Of a stretch of 64,000 nucleotides of DNA, positions 46,390 to 59,846 are shown piece by piece. Location: NCBI RefSeq assembly GCF_009914755.1, contig NC_060934.1. One strand, written 5' to 3'. Each line of letters begins with the position of its first letter. Position 1 is the first letter of the stretch. Both the position numbers and the translations under genes were made by a program. This stretch comes from the human T2T-CHM13v2.0 reference genome, Homo sapiens. The notes beneath the pieces are model-generated. The model was not told where the DNA came from. It searched no databases and worked only from the letters and a program-made list of their open reading frames with translations.

Positions 46390-46720
46390 TGCAGTAAAGT
46401 ATTTATTACCTTATCTAATTAATACACATTTTGGCATGTCAGGGTTTGTGGGTAATTATAGTTTTCTATTGCGGTAATAATTTGTATGATTTATGAAGCC
46501 TATGAAACAACAATGTGAGCCAAAAAGCTGTCTGGAATAATTACAGTTAAGCAGCGTGATCAACAGGTATGCCCAGCCAAGAGAACACAGCCCTGGGGAT
46601 AAGATCCTCAAACAAACAGAAGCGACTGGAGCTGTTCAGTTCTCAGCCTGCTTTTTCTCACCTGAAAAAAAATGGCCCACCCACTGTTCTCAGCTGTGTT
46701 AACAAAGCACTGATTGCTTG
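46390..46720. promoter_or_regulatory. Candidate developmental enhancer (PBX-HOX/MEIS/SOX/homeodomain motifs)
   Basis: TGATTTATGA 46487-46496, TGTCA 46437-46441, AACAATG 46509-46515, three TAATTA palindromes; motif evidence only. Confidence 0.3.
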
Positions 46721-47970
46721 AGTCTATGTGGTTATTTTCCAAAGGTTCATGTGCTAATGTGGAGGACTTCATAAAAAAACAAAACAATAATCATGGATCA
46801 TATAAATTTTCAATTATTTCAAGGAAGACTGAATGTCAACACATTTAATTTGTTTAAGAATGCCAATGCCTTCTGTGGCTACCGAAAACTTTTACCTAGA
46901 ATCTGAATTCATTCTACTCCAGTTGGTGATAGAACACTCTTCGCCCTGCCATACTGGCCATTCCAATAGGCTCTGAGTCTGGCATCCTTACTGAAGCGAG
47001 ATACCTGGAGTCATTGTCCTAGTGGGAATATAGAATAGAGTTTGTCTCCCAAGAATTTTGCTCATATAAAGGAACTGACTGTCCAGAAACTTAAGAGTTG
47101 GAAAAGAGCCCAGCTATCATTGTCCACATTTATATAATAAATTTTAGGAAGTTGGTGAGTTGTAGGAGGTCTACAGGTTATTCTTTACTGGACATTGCTT
47201 TTGCTTTGCTAAGTCTGCTTTGACCTTCCCATCAGTCATTTTCTTTTGCTTCATATTAATATCCTCAAGGTATGTAATGTTTTAATTGGCTTTCAGCACA
47301 TACACTGAAGCAGGAGATCCTATCTCACGGAAAGAAGCAGCTGTAAATTTCTGTGAACTGTTCTCAATATGAGGGGAGTTCTTAAATTAGTTTGATCTTT
47401 CTCAGAAAGACTAACACATTTATATCTTGCAGGAGTATATTGAATTTTTAGTTATTAACTCCAGGTAGAGCCAGGTTCTTACTGTCTTTTTATACTGGAA
47501 GACTAAAAGATAACATCAAATAATACTGACTGTTGAAAGCAGTGTCATAGGATATTCCACTTTAAAATTAATGCTATATTGTACAGTCAGCAATCCATAG
47601 CATGATAGCCACTTTTGTGTAAGTCGGAAAGTTATACTGCAAGAAAAGGGCAACAGCTCCACAAGTGGTCTGGAATGGAAATCAGGAATTTCTCTTGACA
47701 CATTAAACTAAGCAGTCTCCTTCACTGACCCCAAATTTATCAAGGACTCGTTTTATGGTGAGTCAAGGCAAAGAAAGGAAACAGATGAGGTAGATCAAGG
47801 ACACGAATTGGGGCCTGGAGAATCTGTAACTCATGCCAACCTCAACCCTTGGTGACAAATTGTCTTTGAACTGTCAAGCCTTCTCTCACAATGGGTTAAT
47901 CGTCATCTAAAATGAAAATCCCTCTCTTTGACTTTGAAAATATTTGTTAGAGGAAAAAAAGTGGAATAAA

Positions 47971-47996
47971 CACACACACACACACACACACACACA
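47971..47996. repeat. (CA)13 microsatellite
   Basis: Perfect CA run. Confidence 0.95.
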
Positions 47997-48978
47997 AATA
48001 GCAAAGAAAATTTTTTCATTCCAAACGAGAAGCTACTTTTGGTAGAAAATGTGTCATTTTTAGGAGCAGTAAAACATTAAAGATGAATATCCTTACTATT
48101 TGAATCCTAAAGTTACATTTAGGCCTTTTCTATTTTATTGGGCACAGTAGAAAGTTCAGGTCAAATGGTAACTCTAGAAAGAAACAATATCTGTGCTTTT
48201 AAATGTTTTAAGTAGAATTTTAGAGATAGATATTTAAGTAATTAAGTCCATTCTGCCCCTGGGCTTAGCATGCAGGCAACGTCCAAAATGCCCATTCCCT
48301 TGCCTCCTCGTCTCTATTCTAACGCGGCAGCTTGTCCCCTTCTCCCACACACAGAGGCAGACACACATGCTTCCTGTAGCTTCCTGTAAATGACAATGGC
48401 CCCAGTAGGTTAAAACCCTTCCAAGAAAACAAACAAACAAAAAAGGTAAAATAAAGTTCAGAAATCCAAAGGTCAAAGAGTAGAGTGAAACCAAAAGCTA
48501 TGTCAGGAAATTAAGGGGAGGTTAAAAACAGGGTGAAAACATACTGTTAATCTCCATGATTACAACTTCATCTTACAGTTTGCTTCTCATCATGGATGAG
48601 GACAGTTTGGTGAAACTGAGGTTGGAATTATATATGTGTAGCATGGATGCATATATGTATATATATGCACACACACATAGAAACAAATACACTGTTGCAC
48701 ATGTTTAATACTGTATGAGCTTTCATGTACACCTTTGCATAAAAACTAAGATTATGCATTAAAAACATTTTACATCTTCAACGGCTTTTGCTGTCATTTC
48801 TGGGCATCACTCATGTCTTTTCCTTTTTTGGTAATTGGCTAACTTCTATTTCTTTAATATTTGCCACTTACCAAAATTGATGCTGTTATTCAAAGAATGC
48901 ATTTTATGAAGATTTCAATTAAGGCTATGTGTGTATAGTAGTTCGCTTTTTCAAATTATGGGTGTCCTTACAAAATTG

Positions 48979-49058
48979 ATTTATTAACCATACATTTTAT
49001 TTTATTTTAAAATTTAATCATACACTTTAAAATAAAATAAGGTGTATGGTTAATAAAT
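48979..49058. repeat. Inverted repeat: 33-bp arms (31/33 matched), 14-nt spacer
   Basis: Left arm atttattaaccatacattttattttattttaaa (48979-49011); reverse complement of right arm (49026-49058) atttattaaccatacaccttattttattttaaa. Confidence 0.95.
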
Positions 49059-49062
49059 ACAC

Positions 49063-49063
49063 T

Positions 49064-49098
<35 letters not shown>

Positions 49099-49372
49099 TT
49101 TTTGAGAAAGGGTCTCACTCTGTTGCCCAGGCTGGAGTGCAGTGGTGCAATCTTGGATCACAGCAACCTCGGCCTCCTGAGCTCAAGCGATCCTCCCACC
49201 TCAGCCTCCTGAGTACCTGAGACTACAGGCACATCCCACCAAACCCCAATAATTTCTTCTGTATTTTTTGTAGAGATGGGGTTTCCCCATGTTGTCCAGG
49301 CTGGTCTCGAACTCCTGGATTCAAGACATCAGCCCACCTGAGCCTCCCAAAGTGCTGGGATTTCAAGTGTGA
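49063..49372 (-). mobile_element. AluJ with (TTTA)n tail, slightly 5'-truncated
   Basis: (ttta)n followed by gagaaagggtctcactctg...gagctcaagcgatcctccc. Confidence 0.93.
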
Positions 49373-50037
49373 TATTTATCATAGACTCTAAAAATATTAA
49401 AGTGACTGCTATTAAAAATATGAAGCTATTAATGTTATTTCCCAGAATCATTTACATGTGGGCAAGTCTTGTTCACCTTGTCCAGTTGTTTTTTTCCACC
49501 ATTAGTTTCTTGTTCAAATGCATTATCTGATAATGTCGTTATATGAATGTACTCTTGACAAAGGCGCTAACAAAGCTGCAAATGAACACAGTTTATACCT
49601 GGTGTTGGTAGTCAACAGGCTCTGTGTTCTTCATTAAATGGTGACCAAACCGGAGGTGTTGCCGGGAATTACAGTGCCTCTTCTTTCCAGGAACTGTCTT
49701 CTTTCACCTCAAGAAGCAAAGGCTCTCTTTCATTTTGTTTTGCTCTCAAGAGCTTCTTTCACAGGGAATATAAACACACAAAAATCTTGTGTATCTTTAG
49801 ACATTTTTTTTTCAATTGTCCAGAAAATTATTCTCTGAAGAGTAGCTTCCTTGCTTTGAAGATGCAGCTCTTTTGACCTTAACTCTTTTCATTACCCACT
49901 TTTTGGCAGTGACCCCCCTAAAACAAGAAAAACGATGAAGATGAACAACCTGAACTGGACTCCTGCCAAGTCCACAAACCGATTTTGCAAGTGAGATGAC
50001 TCATCGCCAGAAGAATTGTAGACCTATTGACCTTAGC

Positions 50038-50258
50038 ATTTATTTATTTTTTATATTTTGAGACAGGGTCTTGCTCTGTCACCCAGGTGGAGTGCAGAGA
50101 TGCAATAATAGCTCACCTCAGCCTCCCGAGCTCAAGTGATCCTCCCACCTCAGTCTCCCCTGTAGCTGGGAACCACAGGTGCCACCACTACACCCTGCTT
50201 ATTATCCTTTTAAATTTTTTTTTGTACAGATAGAGTCTCACTATATTGCCTAGGCTGA
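50038..50258 (-). mobile_element. AluJ fragment
   Basis: gagacagggtcttgctctgtcacccagg...gagctcaagtgatcctccc; truncated in left monomer. Confidence 0.85.
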
Positions 50259-50394
50259 CAGAGTATTTTTTTCCTTAATTATTCTTTATTCTCAAATGCA
50301 GTGAACAGTCACAGTAGCCCACCATAGGGGGTTCATTTTCAGACATTACAGTAACTAGGGGAATTTTATTAAGGAGCCAGCAGCTAAACCATTA

Positions 50395-51105
50395 TTGTTA
50401 TTATTCTTCTTCTTTAAACCAAACTACAGACTTATTCAGATTTCATCAGTCTTCCCATCAGTGCTGTCTTTCTGGTCCATGATCCAATGTAGGATTCCAC
50501 ATCACAGTTAGTTTTTATCACTCTATGTCCTCTCCCACTCTGTGATGGTTCCTCAGTATCTCTTTGTCTTCCAGGACCTGACACTTTTGAAGAGTATTGG
50601 ACAGCTATTTTGAAGAATGTCCTGCAATTCTGCCTAATGTGTTTCAATGAATAAATGTTACACGTGCATTGTTGGCCAAGAGTACCACAGAAATGATAAG
50701 CCCTTCTTAGTGTATCAAATCAGGTAGTGTGGGATGTCAATATGTCTTATTACTGGTGATTTTAATCTTGATCACTTGGCTGAGATGGCATCTTCCAGGT
50801 GTTTCCATTTTTAAAATTACTATTTTTCCTTTAGCAATGAATGGGTATCTTGAGGGTGATAATTTTGCACTAGGCACATATAATCTTTCTCCTCAAAGTT
50901 TTACCCATGAATTTTGGCTTTCATTGGCACATCTTGCCTGCAACAATTATTACTGTGGTATCCTATTGGTGAATTCATATTTCCATCTTCTTTCTACATT
51001 TATTCATTGGGAGAGCTGTTATTTCCCATTCATTCATTCATTCATTCATCCATTTCTTTATGTCATAGACTCATGGAGGCTTATTGTATTCTCTTGGTAA
51101 AAATA
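50395..51105 (-). mobile_element. L1MC-like 3' UTR fragment
   Basis: aaactacagacttattcagatttcatcag...gatccaatgtaggattccacat...cttgatcacttggctgagatgg. Confidence 0.75.
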
Positions 51106-51113
51106 ATCTATTA

Positions 51114-51382
51114 ATTTTTTTATATTATACTTTAAGTTTTAGGGTACATGTGCACAACATGCAGGTTTGTTACATATGTATACATGTGCCATGTTGGTGT
51201 GCTGCACCCATTAACTCATCATTAACATTAGGTATATCTCCCAATGCTATCCCTCCCCCCTCCCCCCACCCCACAACAGGCCCCGGTGTGTGATGTTCCC
51301 CTTCCTGTGTCCATGTGTCCTCATTGTTCAATTCCCACCTATGAGTGAGAACATGTGGTGTTTGGTGTTTTGTCCTTGCGAC
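51114..51382 (-). mobile_element. Young L1PA (L1PA3/4-like) 3' end
   Basis: tattatactttaagttttagggtacatgtgcacaac...ccccacaacaggccccggtgtgtgatg. Confidence 0.95.
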
Positions 51383-52044
51383 AGAGTATTTTTAATTTTA
51401 TATTTTCTATCAGTTGGGGACAGCAATGAGGTCTGATTTGATTCTTTCTGAATTTCAGTAGCTTTATCATCTACATGTGTCTTCACAGTGTGTTTTAGAG
51501 TTCGCTTTAAAATTCTTCTTGAGATATGTTTTCTACCTCCTGACCGTAGAAGTGAAACAGCTAGATTGCAAGTCATTAAATATATCCAATAATTTTGATT
51601 CTTTAAAGCTCTTACTCAATTTTCCTCTATGTACTGCAGTTAAATTCATTGATAATCCTCATACACTGTTGATTTACCAAATTAAATAAATGATCTCACT
51701 GAGATGTGTTATAGTTTTTTGCTGCCAAATTCATGCAGAGCGCTTCTATATCATTTAATATTGAAGGTTGCTTCAACATGGACGGTAAAGTGGATAATTA
51801 TGGTGATTGGACAATTCAAAGATATTAAAACACCTGTTCCACAATAATTTGAATGTGTTCCATCAAACTTTTGTTTCAGAATTTAAAACTACTTAATTAT
51901 ATGGTTAAATAAAATGCATTTTTATCTTTCTTTAGTGTATGATAGACTAAGTAATATGAGAAGGTGGGTAGAGTATATCTTGGAAAAACACCATTTAAAG
52001 TAAAATATTGTAAGATTTTAAAATGTTAAGATTTTAAACAATGG

Positions 52045-52580
52045 TCCAACCACATTAGAAAACAGCTTAGAAATTTCTTAAATAGACTTACAGTCTATAT
52101 TAGCCATTTAAGTCCTAGATATTTACCCAAAAGAAATGAAAGTACATTTCCAAACAAATACTTGTGCATAAATATTTATAGAAGTTTTATTTGTAATAGC
52201 TGAAACTGGAAGCAAACTAATTGTCCATCAACAGATGAATGCACAAACAGTTGAATACTGTTTAGTGATAAAAAGAATTAATTATGATTATATACAACAT
52301 TGAAGAATCTCAAAATGATTATACTGAGTGAAAGAAAATGCAAGCTAATTTGTAATGGTGGGAAGCAGATCAGTGGTTGCCTGGGGATGGGGTAGGAAGT
52401 AGTGGGAAGAGAGTTTACAAAGGGGCAGGAGGAAATTTTTGGGTGATGAGTACATTCAATAAATAATTTTGGTGACAGTTACATGGATGTATACTTATGT
52501 CAAAACATCTAATTGTATGCTTTACACATGGACAGATTTTTGCATGTTAATTTTACTTTAATAAAGTTATTTTTAAAAGG
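52045..52580 (+). mobile_element. L1ME/MB-like 3' end
   Basis: cctagatatttacccaaaagaaatgaaa...aaagcagatcagtggttgcctgggg. Confidence 0.8.
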
Positions 52581-52587
52581 TAAACAA

Positions 52588-53093
52588 TGGGTTTCTACCA
52601 AAAGGAAAATAAATCATTATATAAAAAAGATACCTGCACTTAGACATTTATCGCAGCACAATTCACAATAGCAAAGATGTAGAATCAACCTAAGTGTCCA
52701 TTAACAGATGATTGGATAAAGAAAATGTAAATAAACACCATGGAATAATTTTAGCCATACAAAGAATGAAATGATGTCTTTTGCAGCAACATGGATGGAA
52801 CTATAGGCCATTATCTTAAGTAAAATAACTCAGAAACAGAAAGTCAAACACTCCATATTCTCACTTATCAGCGAGAGCTAAATAATGTGTACACATGGAC
52901 ATAGAGAGTGGAATAATAGACATAGAAGACTCAGACGAGTGGGAGAGTAGGAGCAGGATGAGGGATGAGTAACTGCAAAACAGGTGTTGTGTACATTATT
53001 CAAGTGATGGTTCCACTAGATGCTTGGACTTCACCAGCAATATATCCATGTAACAAGACTACACTTACATCCCTAAACTTATACAAATGTTTT
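52588..53093 (+). mobile_element. L1PB-like 3' end
   Basis: aaggaaaataaatcattatat...gcagcaacatggatggaact...atccatgtaacaa; TSD aaggtaaaca on both sides. Confidence 0.88.
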
Positions 53094-53369
53094 AAGGTAA
53101 ACATAAAGAACACTATATACCACCTATATCCTTGTATCAATAAGCAAGTTTGGGGGAAATTGAGATGAGAAGACCCATCATGACTGAAATGGGAGAGCTG
53201 ATGCCTTCTTTAATGCCAAAATTGTCTTAAGATTTCTCATTGCAACCCTTCCTTCATCACAGCAAAGGTTCAGGGAGGGCAAAGGCACTCAAATTCTGAG
53301 AAATACTCTTACAGGGGAAAATAGGGATAAGATCTAAAGTTCCACTTGTTTTGATCTTGTAGATTCAAC

Positions 53370-53630
53370 CATTCATTTATTCACTCATTCACGCAACAAG
53401 TGTTTGTCACGTGCCAACTGTGGGCCAAATATTGTATTCTCATTAGGGATAGAAATGAAATGAAAACAGATGCCTTCCTCATGGCATTTATATTATAGAT
53501 AAGGGAGAAAGATATTATCAAGTACTCAAATAAATTCACAGTGATAATTATAACAAAAGTTATTCAGGAGAGCTTCAGCATGATGTGAAACCCTGTTTAG
53601 TGATTTTACCTAATTAGGAAGAACTCAGAA
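53370..53630 (-). mobile_element. L2 3' end
   Basis: cattcatttattcactcattc...aacaagtgtttg...tgccttcctcatggcatttatatt. Confidence 0.65.
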
Positions 53631-53816
53631 CCAGCCAGGATGGGAAACTCAGGAAGAATCAGTTATATATTTATATAAAATGCATATACTGCATCTTATA
53701 CATGATATACAATATAACATAACATATTATTATTACATAGCATCATTGTCTTCTTGAATACAGAAAATTAAATGCAGAGATAGAGGAAGCTAACATTTGT
53801 ATCTGGCAACGTAGCC

Positions 53817-54152
53817 TGATATGGTTTGGCTGTGTCCCCACCCAAATCTCACCTTGAATTGTAATAATCCCCATGAGTCAAGGGTGGGGCCAGGTGGAGA
53901 TAACTGAATCATGGGGATGCTTTCCCCTGTACTGTTCTTGTGGTAGTGAATAAGTATAAATGGGAGTCTCCCTACACAAGTTCTTCCCTGCCTGCTGCCA
54001 TGTAAGATGTAACTTTTCTTCTCATTACCATCCACCATGATTGTGAGGCCTCTCCAGCCATGTGGAACTGTGAGTCCATTTAACCTCTTTCCTTTATAAA
54101 TTACTCAGTCTCAGGTATGTCTTTATCAGTAGCATGAGGACAGACTAATACA
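53817..54152 (+). mobile_element. THE1 (THE1C-like) MaLR solo LTR
   Basis: tgatatggtttggctgtgtccccacccaaatctcac...cagactaataca; 5-bp TSD tagcc/tagtc. Confidence 0.95.
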
Positions 54153-54198
54153 TAGTCTATTAGTTATGGGTGGACTTTGAAGCAAGTCTCTCTGTCTG

Positions 54199-54487
54199 TT
54201 TTTTGTTTTGTTTTGTTTTGTTTTTTGAGACAGGGTCTGGCTCTATCACCCAGCATGGCTCACTGCAGCCTCAACATGCTGGGGTCAAGCAATTATCCCA
54301 CCTCAGCCTCCCAAGTAGCTAGGACTACAGAACTGTGCCACCACTGCTGACTAGTTTTTGTGCTTTTTGTAGAGACAGGGTTTTGCCATGTTGCCCCGGC
54401 TGGTCTTGAACTACTGGGCTCAAGCAATCTGCCTGCCTTGGCCTCCCAAAGTGCTGGGATTACCACTATGAGCCAATGAGCCTGGCT
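54199..54487 (-). mobile_element. AluJ with internal deletion and (GTTTT)n tail
   Basis: J-type antisense dimer; TSD-like gaagcaagtctct / gaagccagtttct. Confidence 0.9.
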
Positions 54488-54524
54488 GAAGCCAGTTTCT
54501 TTGTGTTTGATTTCCAGATCTGCA

Positions 54525-54680
54525 GTTTGTTAGTTATGGGAACTTAGGAGAATCTCATTACTCTGTTAAGTCTTAGTTACTTCATCTGTAAAAGAATAAT
54601 AGAATGAATAAGGTCTTAGGGATTAAATAAGAGAATGCATAGTAACATTGAATAGACACTAGCTATTATTATTACTACTA
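54525..54680 (+). mobile_element. MIR fragment
   Basis: cttagttacttcatctgtaaaag...gggattaaataagagaatgcat. Confidence 0.65.
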
Positions 54681-56096
54681 TGATAAAGATCATTTGTTCA
54701 TTGTACCCATGACATGTTTCATGCTTACTCTAGTCACAGACTTGGGCATATACAAAAATTAAACAATAAAACAAAACAAAACAAAAAATTGCCATGACTG
54801 AGGTTGCTGGCAGTTGCATCTCAAGCAGTTTATGGTATTAGAAAAGGAACAGACATCCATAAATAATGTGAAGAAGTCCAAATTCAGTTGTTGTGGTAGA
54901 AGACAAAGGTTGCAGGACAAGCCAATAATATAATTTATTGACCCTATTGTTATCTTGTATGTGGGAAGAGGTATTGCTCAGGGGACAATCATAAGAGTGA
55001 TATGGTTTCCAAGTCACCATAAATGCCCGAGAATATGTCCTCAATCCATATGTTTATAGATAAAAGGAATTAAGTGCAATACTGATAGGATGGAGAAAAT
55101 AAGAAATTTACTTTTTATCTACGCTGTGGTGTATTACTTCTCACTTCATAGCCTGGATTAAGTTTTCTAATATTGACAACATTTTTCTATGTTTCATGTT
55201 CATTCATTTGCTCATTCATTCACCAAGTATTTTAAGTGCCTATTATTCAACAGGCCCTATTCTAGAAGCTGGTCTACATGGACAGTATCTTCTCATGAGA
55301 GATGAGAATCATACATGGTATGATTGCTAGGCATGACTATGTTCTAATATAGATTTTGGAGACCAGTTAATACTTAATTTCAATTTCACATAAACATTTA
55401 TTCAATCTCTATTCTCTTCCAGACACTACGTTCAGGGTGCAAAAATGAACGAGAAAAGATTATCTTGAGCCTTGTGGAGATAATTTAGTGAGAAAGCCAC
55501 ACTGGACAGGCAATTACAAGTGTGATGAATGTGCCACAGTTGTGAGGACAGGATGCTGTGGGAATGTACAGCCAGAGGAGTTCCCTGATCTTTGAGGTCA
55601 GAAATATGCTCACTGGTGAATGGAATTTACTCTGAGAAATGGCTTTAAAAATGAAACCAATGCTTGAACAATAGTTAGTTCCATATCTGACTCACATTTA
55701 ATACTTTCCGATCTTGTTCCCCTTGCTTCCATTGCCTGTAATGTTTGTGAACATTATTTTCTACAGTAAGAGATCTCAGGTTCCTTTCTATAGTAAGCAC
55801 AACATAATATTCACCCTCCTGTTTTATTCCTTACAGCATCTAGCTCCATATAAGTTTGTTCTTATTATTGTTTAATAACGGCGATGACAGTAAAGGTGGA
55901 ATAACTCATACTCAAAAGTGTTGATCAAGGATCTCAGTTAATAAGTGAGGAAGGCTGTATTTAATTAGAGTTATTTTTCCAAGTAATTTTCAATATATTA
56001 TCTTTGCTATTATGGCTTATCATATAAATTTCTCAAACTTATGGTACAATATGTACATGTTTATATATATATATATATGCGTACAAGCTATGGCAA

Positions 56097-56270
56097 TTTT
56101 TTTATTTTTATTTATTTTTATTTTATTTTTTTGAGACAGAGCCTTGCTCTATCTCCCAGGCTGGAATGAGGTAGCATGATCTTGGCTCACTGCAACCTCT
56201 GCCTCCCAGGTTGAAGTGATTCTCATGCCTCAGCCTCCCGAGTAGCTGAGATTACAGGCGCCTGCCACCA
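56097..56270 (-). mobile_element. Alu right monomer only (5'-truncated AluS)
   Basis: T-rich tail plus right arm, ending at gcctgccacca. Confidence 0.88.
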
Positions 56271-56431
56271 TATGTACAAGAACACTGAATCAGATTATTT
56301 CATCAACTACATCAATAAATAATATTTAATTACTATTATTGTCCTTTGTGCCTATGATAATTTGTTACCTTTGAATAACTAAAATACTTGCAAATCAAGC
56401 AAGGGTTTTGCTTATTCCAGAAACACCTTGA

Positions 56432-56779
<348 letters not shown>

Positions 56780-57019
56780 ATTACTTTTAAATATTAAAAA
56801 AAATCTATTTTGCCCTAGATGGCATTGTTTTATGTACCTTATAGCAAGAGTTAATATTTCTCTAAAGAAATGACAGGTCACACTTCGTAAGGAATACCTG
56901 TTTTTAAAAAATTATTGATGTGTTGTAGTTTTAAAGGGAATATTTAAAACCAAGTATTATAAGAAACTCGAAATAGAGTTTGCATATGGATAGGCTAAGA
57001 TACAAATTTAAGATTAATA

Positions 57020-57300
57020 ATATATTTACTAAATCTATTACTATCTCTAGGCATTGTTGTAGGATTTTCCATCTATTAACATATATAATCCTCACTGCAA
57101 CCTTATAAATGCTGACCCTATTGTTATCTTGTGTGTAGGAAGAGGTATTGCTGTAAGGTATGTGAAGAGGTGTATCTATGAGGAACTTTACCTAAGTTCT
57201 GATTGGTTATGAAACTTACTCCAGGTAATACAACTAGTAAATACAGGTACCGAGAGTTTAAGCTATCAGTCTGGCTTCAGAGCCCATGCTCTTAATCTGT
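57020..57300 (-). mobile_element. MIR carrying an internal 40-bp copy of 54939-54978
   Basis: aatcctcactgcaacc...caactagtaaat...cagtctggcttcagagcccatgctcttaa. Confidence 0.7.
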
Positions 57301-57779
57301 CTGCAAAAAAAAAAAGAAAAAAAACTAACAACAACAACAAAAAAAACTAACCTTAAAGCTTTCATTTCTCTAATAGGTAGAAGCTACTGCTATGGTGAGG
57401 TTCAAGGAATTTATTCCTAAGCAGGCAACAAGAACAGGGACTATCCTGCAAATAGGAGATGACAACTCCTTTAAACATGATCTACTAAAGTCTCAGGAGT
57501 ATTTTTAGATGGGACCCAGTGGGTTCACACCGATGGGTTAGATTTTTTAAATTACAATGCATTTTGTTTAGAAGAGGGATTAAAGTATTTGCCAAAATGA
57601 TTTGTGTTGACAAAATGGCTTAGTACTTTTGGCAGATTTATTTTGGAGAATGGAATAAATTAAGGTGTCTAGCAAAAGATGTGCTACAGCCACTGAAACA
57701 ATTTCAAGTATTTCAGAATCTCTATTTTTATTCACTTTGCAAAATGTGCTTAGCTGAACTGCCAGTCCCTGTTACATTT

Positions 57780-58290
57780 CCATTTCTAAGCAATTAATTA
57801 AAATCCCAAATCAGGTTTTTCTTGATCATGCCAGCAGGAGTCGGTTACCATGGAAATAGGAAGATCAGTAGTATTTGGATAAGAGAGGAAAAAAATGGCT
57901 TGCATTGGTCTTTTATTGCGGAAACATAAGTGATGGTCTAGAGTAGCCTGTTGGCGCAGTCATAGGAAGCTCTGCCCCCAACAGCAAGTGTGGCAGCAAT
58001 AATTGGAAATTACCAACAGTCCTGAGGATTACATTTTGCCCCCCAGGGATATCGTTGGGCCAGTTGAAAAAGTCATTAACTCAGTTTTTTCATGTCTTCT
58101 ATCTATAGGTTAAACCTCCAAATGTAATTGATTACAGAGTATTCTGTTGTGGCTAAGCAGGATTTCAAATCAATAATTGGTTATATTTTGCAAAGAGCCA
58201 TCAAAAACCATTTACGATTTTTTTCTGATGTCGAGCCAATATGCTTTAGCTATAAAGCCCATTTACAGACAATAGTGCAAACTAAGAATG
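57780..58290. promoter_or_regulatory. Candidate conserved non-coding enhancer (RFX X-box plus homeodomain sites)
   Basis: GTTACCATGGAAAT 57844-57857, TTTTATTG 57911-57918, TGTAATTGATTACA 58123-58136, TTTACGA ~58211; motif evidence only. Confidence 0.3.
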
Positions 58291-59846
58291 ACTGTGATTG
58301 AAGCCATACTTATTTACACTTTAGAAAATGAAAGCTTATAGGATATCATCATCTTGCAAATTCAGTGGTGTTATCCTACAGACAGTACTTTAAGAAGGAA
58401 AGTATAGTAAATACTAATATGCCTATATTAAAACAAATTATGGTTGTACTGAAAAAAAACTAAACCTTGTTAAAGACTTGATTATAACGATATAGATGAT
58501 AATAATAACTTCTAACATTTGTTAAGGTTTGTATGCCAGGCATGATCCTGATGTTTTGAAAGTATAAACTTGGTGTTTCTCAACACCATGAGGAATACCG
58601 TAACATGAATAGATGCTGAGATTGTTTTGAATTGTTCAAACTTTTCCGTGAGAATAGATTCTGTGCTTTCATGTGTTGCTCATTAAACTGCCTGTGAAAG
58701 AAGATGAGTAACAGCGTTGCACCACGCGTAAGGTTATTCAGGTCCTACACAAAAACCTCTCTGTGAATTAGCTAATGCTTTTCTGAAAATCAATATGAAA
58801 GCATTCAGATATTAGGAAGAAAGAGGAAGCAAATCAGGATTTCATGTATCACTCTAGCATGAAACTCCAATGGGGAAATTAGTCTAAAATCATCCAAGAG
58901 AAGCTCCAGTCTGTATATAATGATAATAACTAGGAAAATGGGAATTTTTCACTGAAGTTTTTCCTTATTGCTATACTCAGTTGATATAATGTAACCATTT
59001 GCATCTATTAAACATTATTAGGTTTTCCTCATGTGAAAATCCTCAAGGCATATCCACATGTCTTAGCCTATGAATATTTTATGGTGATAATTATTTACGA
59101 TGAGTGGCAGTATTTTTTTAGTCAATCTTTGGAAGAAAATAATAAAGCTACAAATTCCTCCAGTTTACTGTAAGATGAATAAAAAGTTCCCAGCCACTGA
59201 GTCACCTTTGGCAGCACAAATCATATAGGTGTTTAGAATCCAGGTGCCATGTCACACACTATGTGCCAAAAAGGTTATTAGCTTTATGAATTATACCATC
59301 TTTCCAGCTAGTTCTAGCTAGGCAGCTAGAATGAATTTCAAAACGTATACACACTGTAGGAAAGGTGACATGAGGTGCTAATATCTGCTGCTATTCAATG
59401 CCATTCCTGTCAATCTAAGCTCTCCCTATATAAGTGTCTGGAAGCCTGAATCAATATTCTGTAGCTTTCCTTGCCTGTAGGATTCTGGTTTAGATTTCCT
59501 ATTATACTCTTTTAAATCCAACATAATTATCAAGTGCATACTAAATGATTAACACTGCACTATTCAGTATGGGGAGATCCAAAAAGAATGAGACCCAGCT
59601 GTTGATTTCAAGGGACATAAAACCTTATAATACTCCCTATAGCACATAACATCATGATCTGAATGCATTAAAAACTTAGGAATTCTTGTTACACTGATCT
59701 CACAATGAAGGTCTCATAAACTCTAGATAAACAGAATATGTAGATCAACATCTATTTAATTCATTTGGCAGTATCCACTGAGTCCATGTCATGTTCCAGC
59801 CACAATACTAGGTATTGGGGAATAAAAATACATGTGGGATATATTG

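Noticed and set aside
48979-49058. Palindrome as a pre-miRNA or MADE1 MITE
   Set aside because: Extremely AT-rich, no match to any miRNA or MADE1 sequence I recall, and no TA TSD pattern
59206-59218. ctttggcagcaca resembling the U6 snRNA 5' region
   Set aside because: Only about 12 nt match; the rest of U6 is absent
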